64,000 nt of DNA from Polyangiales bacterium (lineage in GTDB: Bacteria > Myxococcota_A > Polyangia > Polyangiales > JADJQN01), in NCBI GenBank assembly GCA_964202905.1, contig CAXNJO010000001.1:736001-800000 (forward strand), given 5' to 3'. Shown here one piece after another: positions 1 through 9,362 of the stretch (the first letter of the stretch is position 1; every line of letters begins with the position of its first letter). The notes below the pieces were generated by a model. The model was not told where the DNA came from. It saw only the letters and a program-made list of their open reading frames with translations, and did no database searches. The translations under genes and the position numbers were made by a program.

Positions 1-480
1 GGGCGCGGGCTCGGGCATGCGGAAACGCCAGCTCGCCAGGCGCTCGGGGTGCGTCGGCCCGTCGCGGCACGTGCCCGGGTACCGCGGGCCCTCGTCGTCC
101 GGGCCGTGCGGGGCGCTCGCGATCGCGGCGATCTCGCGCCGCGTGCAGGTGCATGGATACACGTGTCCCGAGGCGCGCAGACGCGCGAGCGCGTCGGCGT
201 AGCGGTGCGTGCGGGCGCTCTGCACGTAGGGCGCGTGCGGGCCGCCGACGTCCGGGCCCTCGTCCCAGTCGAGGCCGAGCCAGCGCAGATCCGCGCGCAT
301 CGCCGCCTCCGCGCCCGCCACCACGCGCGGGGCGTCGAGGTCCTCGACGCGCAGCACGAACGCGCCGCCCGCCGAACGCGCCCGCAGCCACGCGACGAGC
401 GCCGTCCGCGCGCTGCCGAGGTGCAGCGCGCCCGTCGGGGAGGGCGCGAATCGCCCGCGGTAGACGTGCGGTCGGCTCAT
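1..480 (-). CDS. gluQ: glutamyl-Q tRNA(Asp) synthetase, 3' end outside window
   Basis: Not in ORF track. Manual translation from ATG 480: MSRPHVYRGRFAPSPTGALHLGSARTALVAWLRARSAGGAFVLRVEDLD, with YPCTCTRREI...ASAPHG downstream; GluRS-like HIGH region and Zn-knuckle typical of GluQ. Confidence 0.9.
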   Translation of the reverse strand, partial: MSRPHVYRGRFAPSPTGALHLGSARTALVAWLRARSAGGAFVLRVEDLDAPRVVAGAEAAMRADLRWLGLDWDEGPDVGGPHAPYVQSARTHRYADALARLRASGHVYPCTCTRREIAAIASAPHGPDDEGPRYPGTCRDGPTHPERLASWRFRMPEPAP

Positions 481-570
481 GTCGGAGGGGATGTCTGCAC
501 GCGAAGCGCGCCGCGCGGCGCGGAGATCCGTTGCGTTCTGGCACCGCCCGTGCGTTCCTTCCAGCCCTCC

Positions 571-1329
571 ATGCGTGGCCTCGACGACGTCTGCGGATGC
601 TTCCCCACGGGCCGCCACTACCCCGGCATCGCGGACCTGCTCGCGCGCACGGCCGTGCACGTCGCGGGCCTCGTGCGCGAGCACGCGCCCGACCGCGTGT
701 GGGCCGCGCAGTCGTTCTGCGTGATCGACTTCGAGACGACCGGGCTCGACCCCGAGAAGGAGCGCGTCGTCGAGATGGGCGTCGTCCTCTTCGAGGGCGG
801 CGTCGTCGCGACGCGGCGGCAGTGGCTCATCCACCCCGAGATCCCGATCCCCGCGGAGGCGAAGGCCGTCCACGGCATCGGCGACGACGAGGTGAAGGAC
901 GCCCCGAAGTTCCGCGAGATCGCCGCCGAGCTGCTCGTGCTGCTCGAGGGGCGCATCCCCGTCGCCTACAACGCCGACTTCGATCGCCGCTTCCTGCACG
1001 CGGAGTTCACGCGCGCGGGGTTCGCGCCCGCCGACGCGCGCCCGCCCGCGTTGCGGCCCGACGTCGTGTGGATCGACCCGCTCGTCTGGGTGCGCGAGCT
1101 GCAGAAGTACGAGAAGGGCAAGAAGCTCACCGACGTCGCCGCGCGTCTCGGCATCGCGCTCGACAACGCGCACCGCGCCGACGCCGACGCCGAGGCCGCG
1201 GGCCGCGTCTTGCTCGCGCTCGCGCCGCAGATGCCGAGCACCTACGGCGAGCTCGTGCGCCTGCAGGGGCAGTACGCCGCGCGCCAGGAGGCCGATTTCC
1301 AGGCCTGGCGCGCCCGCAAGGGGGGGTAG
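571..1329 (+). CDS. DEDDh 3'-5' exonuclease (DnaQ/PolIII epsilon-like)
   Basis: IDFETTG (ExoI), AYNADFD (ExoII), AHRADAD (ExoIII); start trimmed from ORF 49..1329 to ATG 571 because the upstream part overlaps gluQ. Confidence 0.9.
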   Translation: MRGLDDVCGCFPTGRHYPGIADLLARTAVHVAGLVREHAPDRVWAAQSFCVIDFETTGLDPEKERVVEMGVVLFEGGVVATRRQWLIHPEIPIPAEAKAVHGIGDDEVKDAPKFREIAAELLVLLEGRIPVAYNADFDRRFLHAEFTRAGFAPADARPPALRPDVVWIDPLVWVRELQKYEKGKKLTDVAARLGIALDNAHRADADAEAAGRVLLALAPQMPSTYGELVRLQGQYAARQEADFQAWRARKGG

Positions 1330-1339
1330 GCCTCGCACC

Positions 1340-2266
1340 GTGCCGCGCGCGCACGCCCTCGGGCTGTATCTCTTCGGGTCGTACGGGATCGTCGGCGCGC
1401 TCGCGCTCGGCTTCTCGCTGCTCGGCGGGCGCTGGGAGGGCCGCACGGCGCTTGCGCTCGGCGTGTTCGCGATGTGGGTGCCCTTCGCCGTCGCCGCGGC
1501 GCTCACGAAGTGGGGCTGGCACCTGCCGCTGCGCCCGGTGCTCGGCCTGCGCCTGCGGCCGGATCGCTACTACGTCGCCGCGTGGCTGTTGCCGGTCGGC
1601 GTCGCGGGGCTCGCGCTCGCGATCGCCGCCGCGCTGCCGGGCGTCGAGTTCACGCTCTCGCTCGCGGGCTACGCCGAACGCGTCGCGCCCGCGCTCGACG
1701 CCGCGCAGCGCGCGGAGCTCGATCGGCAGCTCGCCGAGGCGCCGCTGCCGCCCTGGCTGCTCGCCGCGGGCCAGGCGCTCTTCGCGGGGCTCACGGTGAA
1801 CGCGCTCGCGGCGCTCGGCGAGGAGGCTGGCTGGCGTGGCTACGTGCACGCGGTGGCCGAGGGGCGTTTCTGGCCCGTGGCGCTCGCGACGGGCGCGCTG
1901 CACGGGCTCTGGCACGCGCCGCTCGTGCTGCTCGGGCACAACGCGGTGAGCGACTCACGCCCGCTCAACCTCGCGCTCACCGTGTCGTGGTGCGTGCTCA
2001 CCGGGCCGCTCTTCACGTGGGTGCGTGCGCGCACCGGATCGGCGCTCGCGGCCGCGATCACGCACGGCACGTTCAACGCGCTCGCGGGCGTACCGCTGCT
2101 GCTCGTGCGCGGCGGCTCGGCGCTCGCGGTCGGCCCGCTCGGGCTCGCGTGGCAGCTCGCGACGCTCGTCGCGGTCGCGCTGCTCGTCGCGTGGGATTGG
2201 CGCCTCGGCGCAGGCTCCGTCGTGCGCCCGGAGAGTGCCTATCGAACCGGCCCGACGCCGGTGTGA
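1340..2266 (+). CDS. CPBP/CAAX-protease (Abi) family intramembrane metalloprotease
   Basis: Multi-TM protein with EEAGWRG, GLWHAP and HGTFN motifs. Confidence 0.88.
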   Translation: MPRAHALGLYLFGSYGIVGALALGFSLLGGRWEGRTALALGVFAMWVPFAVAAALTKWGWHLPLRPVLGLRLRPDRYYVAAWLLPVGVAGLALAIAAALPGVEFTLSLAGYAERVAPALDAAQRAELDRQLAEAPLPPWLLAAGQALFAGLTVNALAALGEEAGWRGYVHAVAEGRFWPVALATGALHGLWHAPLVLLGHNAVSDSRPLNLALTVSWCVLTGPLFTWVRARTGSALAAAITHGTFNALAGVPLLLVRGGSALAVGPLGLAWQLATLVAVALLVAWDWRLGAGSVVRPESAYRTGPTPV

Positions 2267-2328
2267 GAATCGGATTCTCGCGAACCATCCGAATTCAATT
2301 CTCGGCGTCGTGAATATCCCTTCATCCA

Positions 2329-3657
2329 TCACCCCTCTTCGCCGACGAGCGCGCGGACGGTCGCAGCGAGGGTGTCGAAGCGCGGGAAGAGCACGCGGGT
2401 TTGCTCGATCGTCGTCTCGGAGCCGCCGGCAGCGAAGGGTTGGAGCACCGCCTCGGGCGCGTAGGCCTCGATGAAGCTGCGTGTCGAGCGGGAGAGTGTG
2501 GCGCGTCCGCCGTGCTTCACCTCGACGCCGATGCAGCGCTTGCCCGAGACGAGGACGAAGTCGAGCTCGGCGCCGCCCTTGGTGCGCCAGTAGTGGATCG
2601 TCCACGTCTCGGGGAGGGCCTTGAGCAGCTCTGCGTAGACGAAGGACTCCGCGAGCGCGCCGCGGTCCGGGCGACGCTCGATGTCTTCGGAGAAGGTGCC
2701 GAGGGCTGCGTTGCGCAGGCCCGGATCGACGAAGAAGACGCGCTGTGCCGTCGTGAGCTCGCTGCGTCGGCCACCCGCGAAAGCGGGGATTCGCCGCAGG
2801 ATCCACGCCTCTTCGAGGAGTGAGAGATACTCATGCACGGTCGAGGCGGAAATGCCCAAGATCGACGCCCACTCGGCGAGGTTCACGAGGCTGCCTACCT
2901 GACCGGCGGTGAGCGCGATCAAGCGCCGGAAGGCGTCGGGGCGCTGGATGCGGAAGCGATCGGAGGCGTCGCGGATCACGAACGCTTCGAGCAACTCACG
3001 CAGCTCGTCGGCGGGGTGTGTGGACGTGACGACGGCGGGATAGCCGCCCCAGATCCACTGTTTGCGCGTGATCTCCGCTGTGGCGCGCGCGCGCACGGCG
3101 GGCGGGAGGGAGCTCATCGCACCGACTTGCTCGTCGAGACTCAGCGGCAGGATGCGACGTCGCTGCGCGCGCCCGGCGAGGCTCTCGCGCGTCCGCGCAG
3201 CGAGGTCGTAGGCGGAAGAGCCCGTGACCCAGACCTCCCAACCCCGTTTGGCGTCGATCAGCCCCTTGACGAAGAGCCCCGCCTCGGTGAGGTGCTGCGC
3301 CTCCTCGAGGAAGACCACGCGCACGCTCGGGAGCCAGGCTTCGATCTGCTGCGTGAACGCGACGGACGAGCTGCACAGCGCGCGAAAGAGCGCCTCTTCG
3401 CAGTTGAGGTAGAGGACGGTCTGCGGCTCTCGGGAGGCGAGCTGCTGCCAGATCCACGTCGACTTCCCGGCCTGCCGCGGGCCGACGACGAGTGCGGCTT
3501 TGCGGGTGGTGATGGCCAGCGGGGCGACCGCGCGCGGGATCGGCGATTCCGGCAGGAAGCGCGCGATCTCCGCCGCGTAGGTGTCGGGAGCCGCGTGCCA
3601 TGGATTGGCGAAGAGCAGCCGATCACGGGTCGCCGCCGCGCTCTCGGGAGTCATCAT
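2329..3657 (-). CDS. AAA_14 ATPase with DUF4143 / C-terminal PD-(D/E)xK-like domain
   Basis: Walker A GPRQAGKS, Walker B FLEEAQ, VTGSS, GGYP, FVDPGLRN, YWRTKGGAELDF...VEVK. Confidence 0.88.
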   Translation of the reverse strand: MMTPESAAATRDRLLFANPWHAAPDTYAAEIARFLPESPIPRAVAPLAITTRKAALVVGPRQAGKSTWIWQQLASREPQTVLYLNCEEALFRALCSSSVAFTQQIEAWLPSVRVVFLEEAQHLTEAGLFVKGLIDAKRGWEVWVTGSSAYDLAARTRESLAGRAQRRRILPLSLDEQVGAMSSLPPAVRARATAEITRKQWIWGGYPAVVTSTHPADELRELLEAFVIRDASDRFRIQRPDAFRRLIALTAGQVGSLVNLAEWASILGISASTVHEYLSLLEEAWILRRIPAFAGGRRSELTTAQRVFFVDPGLRNAALGTFSEDIERRPDRGALAESFVYAELLKALPETWTIHYWRTKGGAELDFVLVSGKRCIGVEVKHGGRATLSRSTRSFIEAYAPEAVLQPFAAGGSETTIEQTRVLFPRFDTLAATVRALVGEEG

Positions 3658-3665
3658 CCGCGACT

Positions 3666-3749
3666 AACCTGACTCATCGTCGACGTCAACCCCGATGAAC
3701 CCGACTCATCGTCGACGGTATCCCCGATGAACCTGACTCATCGTCGACG
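3666..3749. repeat. three direct repeats, 32-bp period (core AACCYGACTCATCGTCGACG)
   Basis: Cores at 3666-3685, 3698-3717, 3730-3749, immediately upstream of the ATPase start. Confidence 0.9.
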
Positions 3750-4019
3750 GGCGTCGCGGCGCAGGTGGCCGACGATGGGCGCGGCGTGCGGCTGCGCGCC
3801 GCTCCATCCGAGCCCGTCGTCTCGGTGAGCGCGGCCTCGGCGCACCAGAAGGCGAGGACCGTGGCGTGGATGGCGATCCCGACGAGGCCGCCGAGGCCGC
3901 CGAGGCCGCGGGAGATCTCACGCAGCGGCGTCGCCGCGAGCACGTCGTTCCAGACCATGTCGCTCGCCTCGCTCGGGGCGGACGTTCGTCTCCGTGATCG
4001 CGCGCTCTGCGCGCGCCTC

Positions 4020-4418
4020 CGTCTCGGCCTGCCGCTCGTGCTGCACGTGGTGCGCGCGCACGAGGCGGCGCTGCGGGCGCTCGCGCGGCACGCGCCCCTG
4101 CGCGGCGTGGCGCATGCGTACAGCGGGCCCGCCGAGCTCGTCCCGGCGTATCTCTCGCGCGGGCTGCATCTCGGTGTTGCGGGCGGCGTCACGCGTCCGA
4201 ATGCGCACAAGGCGCAGCGGGCGGTGCGCGCCGTGCCCCGAGAGCGACTCCTCGTCGAGACGGACGCGCCCTCGCAGGCGGCCCACGGATGCGGGTCGTC
4301 GCGGGCGGAGCCCGCGCATCTCGTGCTCACGCTGCGGGCGATCGCGGCGGGGCGCGGCGAATCGAGCGACGATCTCACGCGCGCGACGACGGCGAACGCG
4401 ACGGCGTTGTTCGGGTGA
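4020..4418 (+). pseudogene. tatD: 5'-truncated TatD-family DNase remnant
   Basis: LGLPLVLH, GVAHAYSG, LLVETDAP, TTANATALFG present; N-terminal DxHxH and GExGLD motifs not found upstream. Confidence 0.75.
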
Positions 4419-4497
4419 GCGGTGCTGGTCGAGGCGATGGCGGCGCAGGCTCGTCGCGGGGCGCGGTCGAGTGATTCCGCCGTGCTAGCGTCGCGCC

Positions 4498-5643
4498 GTG
4501 ACGGGAGGCATGCGCATCGTCCGTGCATCGGTGCACGGTCGGCGAGTGGCGCCATGCGCGCTCCTTGCGCTCGTCGTGTCGGTGATTCCGATGCGGGTGG
4601 TCGCGCAGACGCAGGGCGCGTGCGCGCTGCGCGCGTCGCCGGCGGTCGCGTCGCTCGCCGAGGCCGCGGGGCGCGGTGCGGCGCGGCGACTGGCGCGTCC
4701 GCTCACGGTGGGTGCGCCGCTCGAGGACGACACCCCGCGTTCGCTCGGCGCGTGTGTCGTCGGGCTCACGCGCGGTCCGGGCGGTCTGCGCATCTTCGCT
4801 GCGGACGCCGCGGGAGCGCTGCGCGAGGTCGAGGTGGGAGACGATGGTGATGCAGCGGCGACGGCCCGCGCGCTCGCCGTCGCGCTCTCGACGCTGCTGT
4901 TGCAGCTGGAGGCCGGCGATCTCGCGAATCCCGCGCAGCCCGAGATCGCCAATCCGTCGAATCCTGCGAATCCCGCGCAGCCCGAGATCGCCAATCCGTC
5001 GAATCCTGCGAATCCCGCGCAGCCGACTGCCACGAACCCCACGCAGGCCAATCCCGAGAATCCCGCGGATACGGGGGCGGCGGAGGTCGGGAATCCGTCG
5101 CGTGGCGCCGCGGAGGGGCGCGCCGGGGCCGTCGTGCGCGCGGTCTTCGTCGCGGGCGCGCAGGTGCGGGCGCCGGTCTCCGTGCTGCGCGGGACGGGAG
5201 GCGTCGGGCTCGGTGGAGTGCTCGGCTTGTGTTTGGTGGAGAGGGTGTGTGCGCTGCTCTCGGCGGAGTACGTGCTGCCGTCCGAGCGTCCGGCCTGGGC
5301 TGGCGCGCCGGCGGCGTATCGCTGGGGCAACGCGGCGGCCGTCGCCCAGATCACCGCGCTGCGCCGCGGTTCGTGGGTGCTCGGCGCGGGGCTCGGCGTC
5401 GTCGCGCGGCTCTCCGAGGCGACGCTCGACGGGCGCACGACGCGCGGCACGTCGCTCTCGGCCGGGGTGCGCGTGCAGCTCGAGGGCAGCCTGGCCCTCG
5501 GTCGCTTGTGGGAGGCGGTGCTCGGCCTCGGCACCGATCTCTACGTCGACCGCGCGGCCTTCGTGCAGGGGGGGCAGACCCTGCTGGTCGAGGACTTCGT
5601 CACGCCGTGGGCCCTGTTTTCGGCGCGATTTCGCGCACCTTGA
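4498..5643 (+). CDS. exported protein with Asn/Pro-rich linker and possible C-terminal outer-membrane beta-barrel
   Basis: Signal-like N-terminus (ALLALVVSVIPMRVVA-Q), ANPAQPEIANPSNP repeats, amphipathic Gly-rich strands in C-terminal half; extended -10 TGcTAGCGT 6 nt before GTG 4498. Confidence 0.65.
   Translation: MTGGMRIVRASVHGRRVAPCALLALVVSVIPMRVVAQTQGACALRASPAVASLAEAAGRGAARRLARPLTVGAPLEDDTPRSLGACVVGLTRGPGGLRIFAADAAGALREVEVGDDGDAAATARALAVALSTLLLQLEAGDLANPAQPEIANPSNPANPAQPEIANPSNPANPAQPTATNPTQANPENPADTGAAEVGNPSRGAAEGRAGAVVRAVFVAGAQVRAPVSVLRGTGGVGLGGVLGLCLVERVCALLSAEYVLPSERPAWAGAPAAYRWGNAAAVAQITALRRGSWVLGAGLGVVARLSEATLDGRTTRGTSLSAGVRVQLEGSLALGRLWEAVLGLGTDLYVDRAAFVQGGQTLLVEDFVTPWALFSARFRAP
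4924..5024 (+). repeat. in-frame 42-bp tandem repeat (about 2.4 copies) encoding ANPAQPEIANPSNP
   Basis: GCGAATCCCGCGCAGCCCGAGATCGCCAATCCGTCGAATCCT at 4924 and 4966, partial at 5008. Confidence 0.9.
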
Positions 5644-5696
5644 CGATTTTCGAGGGGTGATTGGAAATGCGCGCGCCCGCGGACGACTCACGTAGG

Positions 5697-6284
5697 ATGC
5701 ACCTGGCCGTGAGCGAGCATGGGGCGATGTCGGAGACGCCCGAAGACGTCGAGTGGCTGCGCCGTGCGGCGGGGGGCGATGCGCGCGCGGCGTCGCTGCT
5801 CTTTCGCGCCCACGGCGCGCGTGTTCAGCGGATGGCGGCCCGCGTGCTCGGCGCGGGCGACGCGGAGGTCGACGACGTGGTGCAGCAGACCTTCCTCGCG
5901 GCGCTCGACTCGGCGGCCCGCTTCGACGGCCGCTCGGCGCTCTCGACGTGGCTCATCGGCATCGCCAACCGCCGCGCGCTCGACGCCGCGCGCAGCCGGG
6001 CGCGCCGCGCGCGCCTGCGTGAGGTGACGTCGTGGTTCGGACTCGGGGACGCCGCGCCGGCGGCCTCCGAGGCGCGCGATGCGCGGGATTCCGCCGCACG
6101 TGCGCTTGCCGTGCTCACCCCTGAACAACGCAGCGTCTTCGTGCTCGTCAGCGTCGAGGGCTACACCTTGCAGGAGGCGGCGGACATGACCGGTACGGGC
6201 ATGTCGACGCTCCACGCGCGCCTCGCCGCGGCGCGCAAGCGGCTCGATGCGGCGATCGCTGACGGCGGGGAGGAAGCGCGATGA
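5697..6284 (+). CDS. ECF RNA polymerase sigma factor
   Basis: DDVVQQTF, FDGRSALSTWLIGIA (region 2), VFVLVSVEGYTLQEAA...STLHARL (region 4); start uncertain (5661/5697/5727). Confidence 0.92.
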   Translation: MHLAVSEHGAMSETPEDVEWLRRAAGGDARAASLLFRAHGARVQRMAARVLGAGDAEVDDVVQQTFLAALDSAARFDGRSALSTWLIGIANRRALDAARSRARRARLREVTSWFGLGDAAPAASEARDARDSAARALAVLTPEQRSVFVLVSVEGYTLQEAADMTGTGMSTLHARLAAARKRLDAAIADGGEEAR

Positions 6285-7498
6285 GCGAGCTCGCAGACAC
6301 GCGGCGCGATGCACACGCGGCGCCCGACCTGGCCGAATCTCCGGCGGATCGCGTCGCTGCGCGTCTGCGCGCGGAGCCCGTCGACGCGGCTGCGGTCGCG
6401 CGCGCGGAGGTGCGTTTCGTCGAGGCGGCGCGGATGCGCGACGGTCGGAAGGCTGCGTCCCGCGCGTGGATCGGTGTCGGGTTCGCCGTGGCCTGCGCGC
6501 TCGTGATCGCGGTGGTCATCGGGCGCTCCGAGTCCGTCAGCGACGGCGGGGAGGGCGGCCGACCCGTGGCGCAGACGCTCACGCCGCTCCGTGCGGGGCA
6601 GGTGCTCGACGGACGGGAGCCCGTGCGCGGGCGGCTCGGCCACGCGACGCTCGAGTTGTCGCGGGGAGCGCACGCCGAGATCGTCCGGGACGCGCTGCAC
6701 GCGGCGTTGGTTCGGCTCGATCGGGGGGAGTTGTTCGTCGATTTCCAGCCGCTGCGGCGCGGCAAGGAGCACCTCGCCATCGAGACGCCGAGCGCGCGCG
6801 TCGAGGTCGTCGGCACCGCGTTCGTCGTGCGCGTCGCTGCGGATGGCGCGACGCGGGTCGAGGTCACGCACGGCGTCGTCGAGGTGCTCGCGCGCGCGAC
6901 GGGCGTGCGTCGTCGGCTCACCGTCGGCGCGTCCATCGACGTCGGCGCGGTCGTCGCCGCGGCGCCGCCTGCGCCCGTTCCGCAGCTCGCCACGAGCGAC
7001 TCGCCCGTCCGCGTGCGCGTGACGGACGGTGATTCGCAGCAGAACGCCGTGGCCCCGCAGCAGCAGGAGTCGGCGTCTACCTACAACGGACTTGCAACAG
7101 CGCGCGACGTGCGCCTGAGCGCGGGCGCGCTGCCCTCGCTCGAATCCGCGCTGGCGGCACTCGACGCGGGCGACACGGCCCCGAGCGAGCGACTCGCTCA
7201 GACCGGCGCGCGCGCGGCGCGGCTCGACGCGCTCGAGGCGCTCGCCGACCACCACGAGCGGCGTGGGTCCGCCAGCGCGGCCGAGTCGGCCTACGCGAAG
7301 ATTCTCGCGCTCGATCCGCACGGCGCGCGCGGCGCCACGGCCTGCTTCGCACGGGCGTCGCTGCGCGAGCGGGTCGGTGCGCCCGGTGCGGCCGACGACT
7401 TCGTGCGCTACCTCGCCGAGCACCCGCGCGGCGCCCTCGCGGCGCAGGCCCGCGTGCACCTGTGTTCGCTCGCACCCGCGCGCTGCCCTCCTCCTTGA
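6281..7498 (+). CDS. FecR-domain anti-sigma factor with C-terminal TPR-like helices
   Basis: ATGA overlap with sigma gene, single TM, IETPSARVEVVGTAF...VEVTHGVVEV FecR signature, C-terminal YLAEHPRG. Confidence 0.85.
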   Translation: MSELADTRRDAHAAPDLAESPADRVAARLRAEPVDAAAVARAEVRFVEAARMRDGRKAASRAWIGVGFAVACALVIAVVIGRSESVSDGGEGGRPVAQTLTPLRAGQVLDGREPVRGRLGHATLELSRGAHAEIVRDALHAALVRLDRGELFVDFQPLRRGKEHLAIETPSARVEVVGTAFVVRVAADGATRVEVTHGVVEVLARATGVRRRLTVGASIDVGAVVAAAPPAPVPQLATSDSPVRVRVTDGDSQQNAVAPQQQESASTYNGLATARDVRLSAGALPSLESALAALDAGDTAPSERLAQTGARAARLDALEALADHHERRGSASAAESAYAKILALDPHGARGATACFARASLRERVGAPGAADDFVRYLAEHPRGALAAQARVHLCSLAPARCPPP

Positions 7499-7647
7499 CG
7501 AGAATGGCATTCTGCGGCGCGCGGCATGGGGGGGTTCGCAGGCCGCAGAACCCGATGTTTCCTCGAAAAACACGCAGCTTGAAGAAAAAGATCCGAGGGT
7601 TTGGAAATCCACGCAGGGACCGACGACAGAGGGCATAGGAGGTTCGA

Positions 7648-9201
7648 ATGACGCTTCTTCCCACCGCCCCCCGCCGCCGTTTCTTCGCCCCTGCGCTCCT
7701 CGCCGTGATGCTCGCGCTCACGGGCTGCACGGAGACCGTCTCGCTCCCGAGCGCCGTGCCCGCCATCGGCGCGAGCGCGTCCCTCGTCGTCGGTCCCGCG
7801 GGCGGCAGCGTCCGCATCGACGACCTCACGGTCACGTTCCCCGCGGGTGCCCTCGCGACGCCGACGTCCGTCACCGTCACCGTCGAGGCGCCGACGCGCA
7901 CCGGGCGGCTGAGCGCGTTCTCCCCGGTCGTGCGCTTCGAGCCCGCGAACCTCGCGCTCGCCGTCCCCGCGGAGATTCGCCTGCCCTTCCGCGGCGACGC
8001 CGCGCTCGCCAACGCCTTCCTCGCCAACGCGGCGGGTGAGGCGTTCGCGGCCCGCGCGACGCGGGTCGAGGGGGATGTCGCGGTCTTCGAGACGACTTCG
8101 ATGCGGTCTTCGTTCGTGGGTTCGGCGTGCGAGGGCGAGGACTGCGCCTGTGCGCCCGTCTCGTCGCTCGACCTGCTCGTCGTCATCGACAACTCCAACT
8201 CGATGGCGGAGGAGCAGGCAATGCTCCGGGGCGAGCTGCCCGAGCTCTTCCGCGCGCTCGCCACGGGTGACCTCGATGGCGACGGCACGCAGGATCTCGC
8301 GTCCTTCGAGAGCGTGCGCGTCGGCGTCGTCACCACGGATCTCGGCGCAGGCGCGGCGAGCGTGCCGACCTGCGATGGACCGTCCGCGGACGACGGCGTC
8401 CTGCGGACGACCTCGGGCGATGCGTCCGTGGCGGGCTGCCCCGCGGGCGGCTTCGCCTCGCCCTTCGCGGCGTACGACGGCGCGAATCCGGCCGGACTCC
8501 CCGACTTCGTGCAGCACGTCGCCTGCACGAGCGCGGCGGGCATCGCTGGTTGCGGCTTTGAGCGTCCGCTCGAGGCAGCGCGCTTCGCGCTCTCGCCGAC
8601 GGCGCCGACGAGCTGGACCGCGCCCGGCTACGTCACGCCCGTGCTGGCCGATGGCCGCGCGCCGATCGGCGCTGGCGCCAACGCGGGATTCCTCCGCGAC
8701 GGCTCGCTGCTCGCCGTGCTCTTCGTGACGGATGAGGACGACTGTTCGGCGACCGAATCTTCGCTCTTCGATCTGAGCGATGCGCGCTACGCGAGCGTCC
8801 CCAACCTCAACATGCGCTGTAGCGGCTTCCGCGACACCGCGCTCTTCGACGTGCCCACGCTGGTCGAGAGCCTCACCGGTCTCCGCCCGCAGCCGCAGGA
8901 TCTCGTCGTCGCCGCGATCGCCGGCGTCCCCACCGACCTCGCGACGGACGACCTCGACGCGGTGCTCGCCGATCCGCGCATGTCTCCGGTCGACGACGGC
9001 AGCGGCATGAACATCGAGACGGCGTGCGCGGCGAGCGGTCGCGGCGTCGCTTACCCCGCCAACCGTCTCGTCCAGGCGCTCCGCGGCGTCGAGCAGGCGG
9101 GCGGCCGCGCGGTGCTGCAGTCCATCTGCGCCGAGAGCTTCCAGACGGCCACCGAGTCGCTCGCCGAGGCCCTCGCCGAGCGCGCCGGCGGCGACTGCTG
9201 A
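7648..9201 (+). CDS. myxobacterial lipoprotein with ZU5-like N-domain and vWA-like Cys-rich domain
   Basis: GGAGG RBS; lipobox LTGC; VVGPAGGSV...VTFPAGAL; LDLLVVIDNSNSMAEEQ (MIDAS-like), GCGFERPLEA, VTDEDDCS. Confidence 0.8.
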   Translation: MTLLPTAPRRRFFAPALLAVMLALTGCTETVSLPSAVPAIGASASLVVGPAGGSVRIDDLTVTFPAGALATPTSVTVTVEAPTRTGRLSAFSPVVRFEPANLALAVPAEIRLPFRGDAALANAFLANAAGEAFAARATRVEGDVAVFETTSMRSSFVGSACEGEDCACAPVSSLDLLVVIDNSNSMAEEQAMLRGELPELFRALATGDLDGDGTQDLASFESVRVGVVTTDLGAGAASVPTCDGPSADDGVLRTTSGDASVAGCPAGGFASPFAAYDGANPAGLPDFVQHVACTSAAGIAGCGFERPLEAARFALSPTAPTSWTAPGYVTPVLADGRAPIGAGANAGFLRDGSLLAVLFVTDEDDCSATESSLFDLSDARYASVPNLNMRCSGFRDTALFDVPTLVESLTGLRPQPQDLVVAAIAGVPTDLATDDLDAVLADPRMSPVDDGSGMNIETACAASGRGVAYPANRLVQALRGVEQAGGRAVLQSICAESFQTATESLAEALAERAGGDC

Positions 9202-9362
9202 GCGCGAGACATCGATTCTCGGACTGCCTCGCTCGGGCGCCGGGGCGTCTCGGTTCGCCGCAGCGAGGGGAGGATTCTCAACGACCGTGCATCGCGCCCG
9301 AACCCCTGCTCCGGTGGGGGTTTGGGCGTTTTTGCAGCGCTCGGTTCACCTCTGGGTCGGCG

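Noticed and set aside
1340..3657. Abi-protease plus ATPase as one defence system
   Set aside because: Genes are convergent, and the CPBP family name does not imply abortive infection
3666..3749. Mini-CRISPR array
   Set aside because: The 12-bp intervening segments are near-identical and too short to be spacers; no cas genes in the window
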